From Dehalococcoidia bacterium (GTDB taxonomy: Bacteria > Chloroflexota > Dehalococcoidia > UBA6926), in contig CAXXET010000004.1 of the NCBI GenBank assembly GCA_963666115.2, positions 64,001-128,000 of the forward strand: 64,000 nucleotides of DNA, in the 5' to 3' direction. How positions within the stretch are numbered: position 1 is the stretch's first letter; each line of letters starts with the position of its first letter. Below are positions 11,101 to 20,353 of this stretch, in pieces. The notes beneath the pieces were generated by a model. That model had not been told where the DNA came from. It was given only the letters and a program-made list of their open reading frames with translations, and searched no databases. Position numbers and translations under genes: made by a program.

Positions 11101-14100
11101 CGGCCACCATAACCCACTCCGCCGCGAACGGCGGCTTCAACGGCAAGTCCGCATCCCTCACTGCGACGGAGACGGACAACACTGGCCAGGTCGTCCTGAG
11201 GAACGCTGCCGACAATGCCAACATCACCGCCATCACCGTGCCGGAGAACGGCAATACTACCTACAAGGTCGAGCTGAGCCATCAGCCCACCGGCGGCACC
11301 GTCGCCGTCCGGATCACCTATGCAAGCGGCGGCGATACCAGCATCACGCGCTCCCCCACCAGCCTCTACTTCACCAGGACAAACTGGAACGTCGCCCAGA
11401 CCGTGACACTCCGCGCAAGCAACGACTCCGACACGACGGCCGGCGCGCGGAGCATCGTGCACACCGCCACCGGCGGCGGCTACAACAGCCCCACCAAGAC
11501 GCTCACCGCGACGGAGGCTGAGGACGACTACGCCGTGGTCCTCAGGAACGCCGCCGACAGCGCGGACATCTCCACGATCAGCGTCACGGAGGGCAGCACC
11601 GCCACCTACAAGGTCGAACTCAGCATCGCCCCCACCGGCAGCGTCACCGTCGCCGTCGCGGCGGCCACAACGGGCAGCAACGTCGACCCGAGCATCACCG
11701 TCTCCCCCGCCACCCTCACCTTCACCGCCAACAACTGGAGCACGGCCCAGACTGTCACCCTGACGGCGGCAGAGGACAACACGGACATCATCAACGGCAA
11801 GCGGAACATCACCCACACCGCAAGCGGCGCCAACTACAACAACACCCCCGTCGCGTCCCTCACGGCAACGGAGGCAGACAACGACACCGGCACAATCGTC
11901 CTGCGCAACAACGCGGACAACGCGGACATCACCACCATCGACGTCCCGGAGAACGGCAACATCAACTACAAGGTCAAGCTCAGCCATCAGCCGCAGGGCA
12001 ACGTCACCATCAGGATGACGTACGCGAGCGGCGGCGACTCTGACATCACCTACAACAAGTCGTCCCTCTACTTCAACGCGACCAACTGGAGCACGCTCCA
12101 GACCGTCACCCTCCGCGCCCGCGATGACAGCGACCAGCTCGCCGGCACGCGCACAATCAACCACACGTCGACCGGCGGCGGCTACACGGACACCGCAGCC
12201 CTCGCCGCAACCGAGGCGGAGAACGACAAGTCCGTCATCCTCACCCCCTCATCCGTATCAGTGGGCGAGGGCAGCACCGCCAACTACACCGTCAAGCTCA
12301 GCGTCCTCCCCACCTCCGACGTCATCGTCACCATCGCCGCAGGAACCGGCGACTCGAACATCACCGTCCAGGACACCGATGACAGCCAGTCCGGCAACCA
12401 GACCAGCACGATCACCTTCACGACAACCAACTGGAGCACCGCGCGGACGGTCGTGCTCGCCGCCGCCCAGGACGCCGACATCCTCAACGGCACACGCAGC
12501 ATCACCCACACCTCCACCAGCACGGATGCCGCCTACAACAACAAGACGGTCACCCTGACCGCCACAGAGGCTGACAACGACTCCGGCACAATCAAGATCA
12601 GGAACGCCGCGGACTCTGCGGACATCAGCACCCTGAACGTCAATGAAGGTGGCTCGGCAACCTACAAGGTCAAGCTCAGCATGGAGCCGCGCGCCAGCGT
12701 CACCGTCAACATCGCGGGAGCGACGTCGGGCAGCTACACGGACTCGGACATCACCGTCAGTCCATCGAGCCTCACCTTCACCACCCGCAATTGGGACACC
12801 GCCAAGACCGTCACCCTCCGCGCCGCCCAGGATGCCGACCTCCTAAACGGCATCCGCTCCATCCGGCACACTGGAGACAGCACAGACAACGGCTATCCAA
12901 CCACGCTCCTGCTCACTCTTGCGGCATCGGAAGTCGACAATGACACCGGCGCAGTCCTCATCAGGGACTCCGGCGACACATCCAACATCAACGCCGCAAG
13001 CGTCACGGAGGGCAGCACCGCCACCTACAAGATCAAGCTCAGCAAGGAGCCGCGCGCCAACGTCACCGTCACCGTCGCGGCGGCCACCACCGGCAACGCG
13101 ACCGACTCCGACATCACCGTCAGCCCCGCCACCCTCACCTTCAGTTCCACCACCTGGAGCACGGCCCAGACCGTCACCCTCACCGCCGCCGAGGACAACG
13201 GCGACCTCACCAACGGCAGCCGCGCCATCACCCACACCGCCTCCGGCGCGAACAGCGGCTACGTTGGCGCCGCCGTCAAGACCCTCACCGCCACGGAGGC
13301 GGACAATGACACCAACGGCGCGATCCTGATCCGCAACGCCGCGGATGACGCCGCCATCACCACCCAGGGCGTCCGCGAGGGCGGCACGGCCACCTACAAG
13401 GTCAAGCTGGACAAGCAGCCCCGCGCCAACGTCACCGTCACCGTCTCACAGGGCGCGGGCGATACGGACATCACCGTCATCTCCGCCAGGACGCTCACCT
13501 TCACACCCAACAACTGGAATACCGCCAAGTCCGTCACACTCCGCGCCACGCAGGACGCCGGCACCGCGTTCGGCACCCGCACCATCACGCATACCCCGTC
13601 CGGCACCAACAACGGCTACGCCAGCGCCGCAAGCCTCACCGCCCAGGAGTACGACGACGACGTCATGATCGAGATCAGCGACAGCAGCAACAACGACACG
13701 GACGCCGTCCTCGTCAGGGAGGGCAGCACGGCCTCCTACATGGTCAAGCTCAGCCAGCTCCCGCTCGCCGACGTCACCGTCGCGATCACGTCAACCGGCG
13801 ACAGGGACATCACCTTCAGCCCCTCCTCCCTCACCTTCACCAGGACCGGCTCGACCATTTGGAGCACGGCCCAGGAGGTCACCGTCTCCGCAGCGGCGGA
13901 CACTGACACCTCCAACGGAACCAAGACCATCAGGCACAACGCCAGCGGCGGCGGCTACGACTACGCCGCGACCGCGAGCGTCACCGCCAGGGAGCAGGAC
14001 GGCCCAACGCTCTCCCTCACCGCCACCGCAATCACCGCCACGATGACCATCTCCCAGCACACCAACGCCTGGTGGTACAAGATCGGGGGCAGCCCCACGT

Positions 14101-15992
14101 GCAGGGGGCCGGTCGCCCAGGGAACCGACACGCACACCACCACGGCCACCCTGGTCAAGAACACGGAATACTCCTTCACCGCGTACAGTGATTCCAACTG
14201 CGCAACCGCCCTCACGCCCTCCGCCTCCATCACGACCCTCAACCCCGCGCTGGCATCCTCCAACGTCGGGGCGACAAGCGCCACGCTGACCCTCTCCGGC
14301 TGGGACCTGACCAAGGACGGCAGCTGGTACTACAAGCACGCGAGCGGCACCTGCTCCGGCGTCCAGTCCGCGCTCACGGCAAGCGTCACCGGCCTCACCA
14401 AGAACACGGCCTACGTCTTCACGGCCTACGCCTCCTCCACGTGCGCAGCGACTATCGTCGCCGCGCCGTCGTTCACAACCCTCAACACGGCTCTCGCAGC
14501 GTCCGGCACGACAGCGACGACCACGACACTAACCCTCTCCGGTTGGACCATCAGCACGAACGGCAACTGGTACTACAAGGCCAACGTGGCGCCGCACACA
14601 ACTTGCTCGGACGCCCAGACCTCGCTCACGGCCAACCTCACCGGGCTGAGCGTGAATACGTCCTACACGTACACGGCGTACAGCGACGCCGCGTGCTCGA
14701 CATCGCAGGCCGTGGCGTCGGCGTTCACTACGAAGAACCCGTACCTTCAGTCCTCCGTGACCAGCAACTCGGTCACGGTCTCCATCTGGAACTGGACCAT
14801 CAGCAAGGATGGTAGCTGGTACCTCAAGGAGACCACCAACAGTTGCAGGTGGACCTCTGGAGTCACCATTACCTTGAGCGCCCTGCAGTCCAACACGTCG
14901 TACACCTACCAGGGCTTCAGCGACAGTTCATGCACCACTGGCAACGAGATCACCGCGCAGCACACGGCCACCACGACAGCAGGCGGCGGCGGCAACAGCA
15001 TCCAGGTCCTCGGCCAGCAGGTCGAGAAACGGCTGCCGAGCCCCGTCACCGGCCTGACCGTCTCGCGACAGAGCGATTTCGGCATCGCGCAAAGCAGCAG
15101 CATCGTCGCCTCGTGGGACGCGTCCCAGCACGCGACGGGCTATGACGTCGTCTACAGCACGGACGGCGAATACAGTTGGACGCGCGCCGCCGACAACCAG
15201 CCCGCCACCACCTTCACCCTCTCCAACGCCAACGAGGGGCTCAGCTACGTGATCGCCGTCCAGGCCGTCAACCAGCACGGAAGCAGCGGCTGGACGGACT
15301 CCGATACCGTGCCCGCCACCGCCAACCTCCCCGGCAGCGTCACCGGCCTCTCTGCGACGCACAACGGCAACAGCATCTCCGTCACGTGGGACGCCGCCGA
15401 CTACGCCGCGAGCTACGACATCGTCTACAGCACAGACGGCAAGTACACCTGGAGCCGCGCCGCCACCGAGCACGTCGGCACAACCTACACCCTCACGGGC
15501 GTAGACGGCGGCTCCAACAAGTCCTACGTCATAGCCGTCAGGGGTGTGAACGGAGTCGGCACAGGCTCCTGGACCAACTCCGATCCCGTCAGCCCCCCCA
15601 ACAACGGCGCCACGTATGACGGGCAGGGACAGTCAGGCGGGCAGGCCGAATCAGGCGCCGTAGGCGCCTCCGCCCCAGGCGCCCCAACCTTCGTGGGCCT
15701 GTCCCACCACGGCGGCCGCCTGAGCGTAACGTGGACAACGTCGGCCACCGCAACAAGCTACGACGTCCAGGTAGGCACGGCAGACGCGAAGGACGAATAC
15801 CCCTCAAGCTGGTCGACCGCCACCTGCTACACGAGCGGCGCAAACAGCTGCAACATCTACAGCGGAGTAAGCAGCGCCAACAACTACGCCGTCCGAGTCC
15901 GAGCCACAAACACCAGCGGCAGCAGCGCCTGGACAGGCTCCATCCTGGTCTGGTACATAACCGGCAGCGCAGGAGGCGCCTCCGGCGCCTAA
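8136..15992 (+). CDS. Giant secreted repeat adhesin: ~16 Calx-beta/Ig-like units, 4 Cys-paired FN3-like units, 3 FN3 units
   Basis: ATG 8136 follows an AAGGGGG RBS; signal peptide ends ARA-D. Repeats VxEGxxxTYxVKL..LTFTxxNWxTAQTVTLxAAxDxD; then WYYK..C..YxxTAYSDxxC units; then FN3 (SWDA..YDVVYS..YVIAVxxVN). Confidence 0.9.
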   Translation: MLNRSAAVPANGTAASRAASRVGLAAVLVLAAILAAAALLALTPARADASGASPGLVIQGSPISGSRINVTEGKWSSYTVKLATQPSADVTVTLSPHNDSTRPVHVQWGSGQPRQKSTTFTPSNWNTAQTVNIWGTQDSDYQYLNGQWVAGVANEAEWVYHRATSSDDDYDREQEVLQARVSDDDGITATASSLTVTEGGSSTYNISLITAPAAGYTVSVSFSVAGDSDITVSPSSLSFNADNYTVAQTVTVSAAPDADTANGTATITHTATGGNYSYSRGTVAVTENDTGAAAVTPTPTPTPPPTPAPKASLIVTTPDECDKDTLDVNDNVIDGMKVAQGESCTFDVVLGKQPNADVAVNIYKYGDADGVLSYSPAKLTFTNANWDTKQTVTVTSAATQYHGLRQANMMIRTGNTKDTTGYHNLPWTYLRVNQVKGPGIILSAPGIVHSGGHSAISVTEGSSLGYDVKLNTKPTANVTVTVAQPTSGDTDLTLVGADSDNQRVLTFTPSNWNTAQLVTIAAAHDVDLVNGSRTFVNTAASDDSDYNDKYTDLTATEIEDDKASLVLSSTAVTVPEGGTATYTVKLSNQPSGAVTIDIEALTGREVTPVATEGDRDLRGSPGTLTFSTTNWNVAQTVTLTADEDGDDLAGTRTIRHTASDTSAEFSGLVVHLVATEGENDSRGFKLSRSSPITLNEGGSTTYTIKLGTEPTADVVIALNAEGDSDITVAPASMTFTSVNYATAQTVTISAAEDDTDYADDTANISHSITTTDAIYVEQFIGTMHVTAKENDAALVLSVNTLQVPENGTAEYTVALTNRPTGDVTVTITEGTTTNDDTSITVTRPSSKVLTFTTATWNSPTTVTLRAASDSDAVNGTRTISHTASGGGFDSAPAQTLTAIESDTRATVILRNSADTANISSIAVTEGSSATYKVELGAQPSSDVTVTVGRTGDTNVTASPASLTFTSSNWDTPQTVTLSAASDTDLANGTATITHSAANGGFNGKSASLTATETDNTGQVVLRNAADNANITAITVPENGNTTYKVELSHQPTGGTVAVRITYASGGDTSITRSPTSLYFTRTNWNVAQTVTLRASNDSDTTAGARSIVHTATGGGYNSPTKTLTATEAEDDYAVVLRNAADSADISTISVTEGSTATYKVELSIAPTGSVTVAVAAATTGSNVDPSITVSPATLTFTANNWSTAQTVTLTAAEDNTDIINGKRNITHTASGANYNNTPVASLTATEADNDTGTIVLRNNADNADITTIDVPENGNINYKVKLSHQPQGNVTIRMTYASGGDSDITYNKSSLYFNATNWSTLQTVTLRARDDSDQLAGTRTINHTSTGGGYTDTAALAATEAENDKSVILTPSSVSVGEGSTANYTVKLSVLPTSDVIVTIAAGTGDSNITVQDTDDSQSGNQTSTITFTTTNWSTARTVVLAAAQDADILNGTRSITHTSTSTDAAYNNKTVTLTATEADNDSGTIKIRNAADSADISTLNVNEGGSATYKVKLSMEPRASVTVNIAGATSGSYTDSDITVSPSSLTFTTRNWDTAKTVTLRAAQDADLLNGIRSIRHTGDSTDNGYPTTLLLTLAASEVDNDTGAVLIRDSGDTSNINAASVTEGSTATYKIKLSKEPRANVTVTVAAATTGNATDSDITVSPATLTFSSTTWSTAQTVTLTAAEDNGDLTNGSRAITHTASGANSGYVGAAVKTLTATEADNDTNGAILIRNAADDAAITTQGVREGGTATYKVKLDKQPRANVTVTVSQGAGDTDITVISARTLTFTPNNWNTAKSVTLRATQDAGTAFGTRTITHTPSGTNNGYASAASLTAQEYDDDVMIEISDSSNNDTDAVLVREGSTASYMVKLSQLPLADVTVAITSTGDRDITFSPSSLTFTRTGSTIWSTAQEVTVSAAADTDTSNGTKTIRHNASGGGYDYAATASVTAREQDGPTLSLTATAITATMTISQHTNAWWYKIGGSPTCRGPVAQGTDTHTTTATLVKNTEYSFTAYSDSNCATALTPSASITTLNPALASSNVGATSATLTLSGWDLTKDGSWYYKHASGTCSGVQSALTASVTGLTKNTAYVFTAYASSTCAATIVAAPSFTTLNTALAASGTTATTTTLTLSGWTISTNGNWYYKANVAPHTTCSDAQTSLTANLTGLSVNTSYTYTAYSDAACSTSQAVASAFTTKNPYLQSSVTSNSVTVSIWNWTISKDGSWYLKETTNSCRWTSGVTITLSALQSNTSYTYQGFSDSSCTTGNEITAQHTATTTAGGGGNSIQVLGQQVEKRLPSPVTGLTVSRQSDFGIAQSSSIVASWDASQHATGYDVVYSTDGEYSWTRAADNQPATTFTLSNANEGLSYVIAVQAVNQHGSSGWTDSDTVPATANLPGSVTGLSATHNGNSISVTWDAADYAASYDIVYSTDGKYTWSRAATEHVGTTYTLTGVDGGSNKSYVIAVRGVNGVGTGSWTNSDPVSPPNNGATYDGQGQSGGQAESGAVGASAPGAPTFVGLSHHGGRLSVTWTTSATATSYDVQVGTADAKDEYPSSWSTATCYTSGANSCNIYSGVSSANNYAVRVRATNTSGSSAWTGSILVWYITGSAGGASGA

Positions 15993-16029
15993 CGCCAACA
16001 CAACACGGCACAACACGGCGCAACAAACA

Positions 16030-16163
16030 GTAGGGGCGGCTCAATGAGCCGCCCCTACGTCATTCCGGCGTAGGCCGGAATCCACCCCGTGCCCCCCCTC
16101 CGTCATTCCCGCCCCCTCCGTCATTCCCGCCCCCTCCGTCATTCCCGCGAAAGCGGGAATCCA
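16030..16163. repeat. Cluster of one GTAG-type and several CGTC-type palindromic repeats
   Basis: gtaggggcggctcaatgagccgcccctac (16030-16058); cgtcattccggcgtaggccggaatcca (16058-16084); two 18-bp half units (16101, 16119); cgtcattcccgcgaaagcgggaatcca (16137-16163). Confidence 0.85.
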
Positions 16164-16220
16164 GCCCCCCATCCTCCCGTTATAATGACCCCACACCCAA
16201 CCCCCACAGGAGTTACCAAA

Positions 16221-16514
16221 ATGGCAACAGTACGAGCGAGATACGAGCGTGGCGTCCTAACCCCCCTCGCCCCCCTGGACATCCAGGAAGGCGCAGAGGT
16301 AACCGTCTCAGTAGAAGCAGACGCCCCCACACCCAACGGCGCGCAGCAGCCGGCGGACAAACCGGACGCCCCCGCCAAGTCAGGCGAGACCCTCCTTGAA
16401 ATGGTTGACCGCCTGCACGCGTCCTATCCCCCGGACATGTGGGAGGGACTTCCAAAGGACTTGGCCAAAAACAAGAAGCACTACCTCTACGGCCATCCCA
16501 AAGAAGAGGACTAA
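16221..16514 (+). CDS. Antitoxin, AF2212/DUF104-like
   Basis: MATVRARYERGVLTPLAPLDIQEGAEVTV; C-terminal LPKDLAKNKKHYLYG; TATAAT at 16181, AGGAG at 16208; abuts a PIN gene. Confidence 0.8.
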   Translation: MATVRARYERGVLTPLAPLDIQEGAEVTVSVEADAPTPNGAQQPADKPDAPAKSGETLLEMVDRLHASYPPDMWEGLPKDLAKNKKHYLYGHPKEED

Positions 16515-16931
16515 ATGCCGCCGCTGTTTGCGGATTCCGGTTATTGGATCGCTCTCATCCATCGGGACGATGCGCTGCATGCGCGGGCGAGAGCAGCCGC
16601 AGCCAATCTAGGGTCGACTCCCATCGTCACAACGCAGATGGTGCTGGTTGAAACGCTCAACTACATGTCACGCCTGGGAGAGGCTCGACGCACGATCGCT
16701 GAGGAATACGTGAGGGATCTGCAGACCAATCCTCAAGTGGAAATCATCCCCCAGACGGATGCCCAGTTCCAGGACGCGCTGGAACGATACGCCGCCCGCC
16801 GTGACCAAACCTGGAGCCTGACGGACTGCGCCAGCTTCCTAATAATGGAACAACGAGGAATCACGGACGCCCTCGCCTACGACCAGGACTTCCAACAAGC
16901 AGGCTTCACCCCCCTCCTAAGAACCCCCTAA
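16515..16931 (+). CDS. vapC: PIN-domain VapC-family toxin
   Basis: FADSGYWIAL..VLVE..SLTDCASF..LAYDQDFQQAGF acidic PIN residues. Confidence 0.9.
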   Translation: MPPLFADSGYWIALIHRDDALHARARAAAANLGSTPIVTTQMVLVETLNYMSRLGEARRTIAEEYVRDLQTNPQVEIIPQTDAQFQDALERYAARRDQTWSLTDCASFLIMEQRGITDALAYDQDFQQAGFTPLLRTP

Positions 16932-16958
16932 CCCCCCACCCCCCCGTCCACCCCCCTC

Positions 16959-16987
16959 CGTCATTCCGGCGTAGGCCGGAATCCACC
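16959..16987 (+). repeat. CGTC-type palindromic repeat identical to 16058-16086
   Basis: cgtcattccggcgtaggccggaatccacc at both sites. Confidence 0.9.
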
Positions 16988-17005
16988 ACCCCCACCCCTA
17001 CCCCC

Positions 17006-17035
17006 TTTACACCCCCCCCCCCCCCCATATATGCT
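17006..17035 (+). promoter_or_regulatory. Putative promoter whose spacer is a C15 homopolymer
   Basis: TTTACA (17006-17011), C15 (17012-17026), TATGCT (17030-17035); 18-nt spacer. Confidence 0.5.
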
Positions 17036-17070
17036 ACCCTTACCAAGTGACGTTAAAGGGAAAGGAAGGC

Positions 17071-17910
17071 TTGACCACAGCACGTCCTATGAGCAGTTCC
17101 GGCCCCGGCACACCTGACTACACCATGGGTTTCAGCCAGGAGATACTGGAATCCTTCCGCCGCTACACGGCCGCATCCTGCGCCGCCTACTTCCTCCCAC
17201 GCCTCCAACCCGGCTTCCGTGTCCTCGACGTCGGCTGCGGCCCAGGCTCCATCTCCGTCGGCCTTGCGGAAGCCGTCGCCCCAGGCGAACTCCACGGCAT
17301 TGACATGGAGCCCTCGCAGATCGAGATGGCCGGCAGGCTCGCCCAGTCCAACGGGCGCGACAACACCGTCTTCCATGTCGCCGACGCCCTCAACCTCCCC
17401 TTCGAAGACGACTTCTTCGATGCCGTCCACTGCCACAACGTCCTCATGCACGTGCCGGACACCGCCGCCCTCCTCACGGAACTCAAGCGCGTCCTCAAGC
17501 CCGGCGGCGTCATCGGCGCCCGCGAACTGATCGTCGGATCGTCCTTCACCTACCCCGATTACGGCGTTATCGGCCACGCCTGGGACATGTTCGCAGACCT
17601 GTTGGAGGCCGATGACGGCCACCCGCAGATGGGCAAGGAACTCAAGGGACACCTCGCGCGCGCCGGCTTCTCGGACATCCACGTCTCCGCCGCCATCGAT
17701 GTCTACAGCCACCCGGAGGACGTCGCATTCATCTACTGGGTCACGCAGACCTGGTTCCTCTCGCCGGAGATACTGGAAGCGGCCATCAAGTACGGCGCGT
17801 CCACACAGGAACTGGCAGATCAAATCTCCCAGGCCTACGAAAGGTGGCGCGAAGACCCCGCCGCCTTCTGCGCCCTGGCCTTCGGCGAAGCCACCGCCAC
17901 CAACCCCTAA
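17071..17910 (+). CDS. Class I SAM-dependent methyltransferase (UbiE-like)
   Basis: VLDVGCGPG, LPFEDDFFDAV, LKPGG. Start uncertain: TTG 17071 follows AAGGAAGG; GTG 17047 and ATG 17089 are alternatives. Confidence 0.85.
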   Translation: MTTARPMSSSGPGTPDYTMGFSQEILESFRRYTAASCAAYFLPRLQPGFRVLDVGCGPGSISVGLAEAVAPGELHGIDMEPSQIEMAGRLAQSNGRDNTVFHVADALNLPFEDDFFDAVHCHNVLMHVPDTAALLTELKRVLKPGGVIGARELIVGSSFTYPDYGVIGHAWDMFADLLEADDGHPQMGKELKGHLARAGFSDIHVSAAIDVYSHPEDVAFIYWVTQTWFLSPEILEAAIKYGASTQELADQISQAYERWREDPAAFCALAFGEATATNP

Positions 17911-18380
17911 AGCGTCCCCTCGTAATTCGCCACTATCTTCAAGGAAGAAGCCAAAAACGCCCGCCGCTCACGCGCCCCCAACCCCGACAACAGCGTCTCG
18001 TAGTACTCCTCGATCTTCTGGATCACCTCCGCCATCAACTCCTCCCCCGCAGGAGACAGCCGCAGCATCACGATCCGACGGTCGTTCCGCAGACGACGCC
18101 GGCGCAAAAGGCCCTTGCTCGCCAGGTCGGACACCAGCCGGCTGATGCGAGACGCGTCCGTCGGCAGCATTTGCGCAAGCTGTGTCGCCGCGCACTCCCG
18201 CATCTCCGCGCAGATCATCAGAAGCTGCGCGTCGATGGTCGTCAACCCGTACGGGGCGACCACGATGGAGATGCCCCGGTGAACCGCGTTCTCCAGGCTG
18301 GATACAACCCGCACGAGGTCCGGCATCTCATCCGTCTTACCGTCTGAGCCGTCTTGGGCTCGTCGTCGCGGCCCTGTCAT
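17907..18380 (-). CDS. MarR-family transcriptional regulator
   Basis: LAQMLPTDASRISRLVSDLASKGLLRR..DRRIVMLRLSPAG winged helix. Confidence 0.9.
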   Translation of the reverse strand: MTGPRRRAQDGSDGKTDEMPDLVRVVSSLENAVHRGISIVVAPYGLTTIDAQLLMICAEMRECAATQLAQMLPTDASRISRLVSDLASKGLLRRRRLRNDRRIVMLRLSPAGEELMAEVIQKIEEYYETLLSGLGARERRAFLASSLKIVANYEGTL

Positions 18381-18613
18381 AACGTCCCTTGCTTGCTTTC
18401 AACAATCAATGATGATCCCTATCATAGCCTAATCATCGCGCGACGTATACCGTTTCGCGCATATATCCCCAAAAGATTACCATCACGTCACACCCACAAT
18501 ACCACCCCCCACCCAAAAACCCACAAAACACCAACAACCCCCGCCCGAATCCCCCGCGAAGGCGGGGCCCCCGCTCACCCTACCCCCCCACCGTTCACCC
18601 TGACCCCCACATG

Positions 18614-20263
18614 TCATTCTGAGCGCAGCGAAGAATCCCCCAACATCTCCCTCACCCTGGCCCTCGCCGCCTCCATATCACTCACAATCAAACCCTGGAA
18701 CGCGCCCCCCAGCAAACCAAACGCGTCCAGCGTCTCCCTCACCGGCGGCGTCAAACCCGCCATGATAACCCGCCCCGGCCGCCGAACCGCGGCAATCCGC
18801 ACCAGGTCCGCAATCGCCACCGCTGCGGAATCATCGATGAACACCGCGCGCGACATGTCGAAGATCACCACTTGGTGCCCCAGCGTGTCCGTGCGGATGA
18901 TGCGGCTCACCTCGCGCGTCGATGCCGCCGTCACCCGGTCCGGGAAGATGACCATGCCCGCCCGCGCCTCGAACGAATCTGTCTCGTCATCGCCGAAAAG
19001 CGCGCTGTCGAGGAGGGGCGCGGAGATCAGCGCCTCCGTCTCCAGCTTTTCGTGGCGCCGCGCCCCCGCCAGCGCGGACACGACGAAGCCCACCACCACC
19101 GCGAGAGTGATGTCCACGAACAGCACGAGGACGCACGTCAGCGCCATCACGATCGTGTAGTCCGCCGGCACGCGGCGCGCCCGCTTGATGAACCGCCAAT
19201 CAATGATGTTCCAGCCGTTGATGATCAGGATGCCCGCCAAAACCGCGAGCGGCACGCGCTCCACCAGCGGGCCGAGAACGAAGATCGTGGCGCCGATGAG
19301 CGCCGCGACGGTCAAGCCCGCCAACTGCGTGCGCCCGCCTGCGAACGCGTTGACAAAAGTCCCGGGAGACACGCCCCCGGGCAACCCGCCAATCATGCCC
19401 GCCGCCACGTTCCCCGCCCCCTGCGCCGCCAGCTCCTGGTTCGGCTTGTGCTGCGTCCCCGTGATCGTGTCCAGCGGAAGCGCCACGATCAGCGTCGAAA
19501 GCGAACTCAGCAGCGCCATCGCGAAGGCGGGCTGCAGCAGCCGGACGGCCGTTTCGAGGGAGAACGCGGGCCATACCGGCGGGGGAAGCTCCTGCGGAAT
19601 CGCCCCGATGGTCGGCGCCCCCGCAAAGAACAGAACCCCCACTGTTGTTCCCAACGCCAGCACGGCGAACTGCGACGGCGCAATCTTCAACAGCCGTCCG
19701 CGCCACGCCACCCCCAACGCCACGCAGAGCGCCGCAACGATCATCGCCTCCACGTTGGCGTTCGCCGCCGCGTCAGGCAGCGCCCGGATGCTGTCCAGCG
19801 CGGTGCCCGCCGGGGACGCTCCAACGCCGAGCAGCAGCTGCTTGATGATCAGGAGGATGCCGAACGCCGTGAAGAATCCGGCAACCAGGGAGTACGGCGT
19901 ATACGCCACGAAACGCCCTAGCCGCAACACGCCGAAGCCCATCTGGATCAAGCCCGCGAGAATCGCCGCGGTCGCCGCCTCCGCAAGGCTGTTCGCGTAT
20001 TGGGAGACAACGGCTGCCATCGTCAGCGTGACGAGGATATTCGGGCCGGAGATCAGCCCGCGCGTCCCCCCGAACACCGCCCCGAACAGGCTCACCGCGA
20101 ACGCGCCGTACAGCCCGGCAACCGCGCCAAGCCCGGAGATCGCCCCGTACCCGATCGCCGCCGGAAGCACGATGCTCCCCGCAGTGAGTCCGCCGAGAAC
20201 GTCGCCCCGGAGTTGACCCCAGCTATAGCTGAGCCTGCCGGTTAGTGCCGCTGTCCTGATCAT
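18614..20263 (-). CDS. SulP/SLC26 anion permease with STAS domain (probable SupE-like permease of the sup locus)
   Basis: GDVLGGLTAG..LPAAIGYG, GGTRGLISGP, NQELAAQGAGN; STAS DMSRAVFIDDSA. Divergent from the PKS; the stop codon lies inside a palindromic repeat. Confidence 0.88.
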   Translation of the reverse strand: MIRTAALTGRLSYSWGQLRGDVLGGLTAGSIVLPAAIGYGAISGLGAVAGLYGAFAVSLFGAVFGGTRGLISGPNILVTLTMAAVVSQYANSLAEAATAAILAGLIQMGFGVLRLGRFVAYTPYSLVAGFFTAFGILLIIKQLLLGVGASPAGTALDSIRALPDAAANANVEAMIVAALCVALGVAWRGRLLKIAPSQFAVLALGTTVGVLFFAGAPTIGAIPQELPPPVWPAFSLETAVRLLQPAFAMALLSSLSTLIVALPLDTITGTQHKPNQELAAQGAGNVAAGMIGGLPGGVSPGTFVNAFAGGRTQLAGLTVAALIGATIFVLGPLVERVPLAVLAGILIINGWNIIDWRFIKRARRVPADYTIVMALTCVLVLFVDITLAVVVGFVVSALAGARRHEKLETEALISAPLLDSALFGDDETDSFEARAGMVIFPDRVTAASTREVSRIIRTDTLGHQVVIFDMSRAVFIDDSAAVAIADLVRIAAVRRPGRVIMAGLTPPVRETLDAFGLLGGAFQGLIVSDMEAARARVREMLGDSSLRSE

Positions 20264-20353
20264 GTGCCCCGCCCCGTTCAGCCCACACGGGCGCCCAAAG
20301 TGACTATAGTGTAATCAGCAGTGTAGTCAGTGTGCGCGGAACGCGGAGGCGGT

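Noticed and set aside
16095-16163. Short repeated units resembling a mini-CRISPR (also 52157-52258)
   Set aside because: Units are 18-21 bp half-palindromes without unique ~30-bp spacers, and no cas genes are present.
16089-16220. N-terminal RHSRPL extension of the antitoxin ORF
   Set aside because: Translation of the repeat cluster; TATAAT at 16181 and the RBS at 16208 place the start at 16221.
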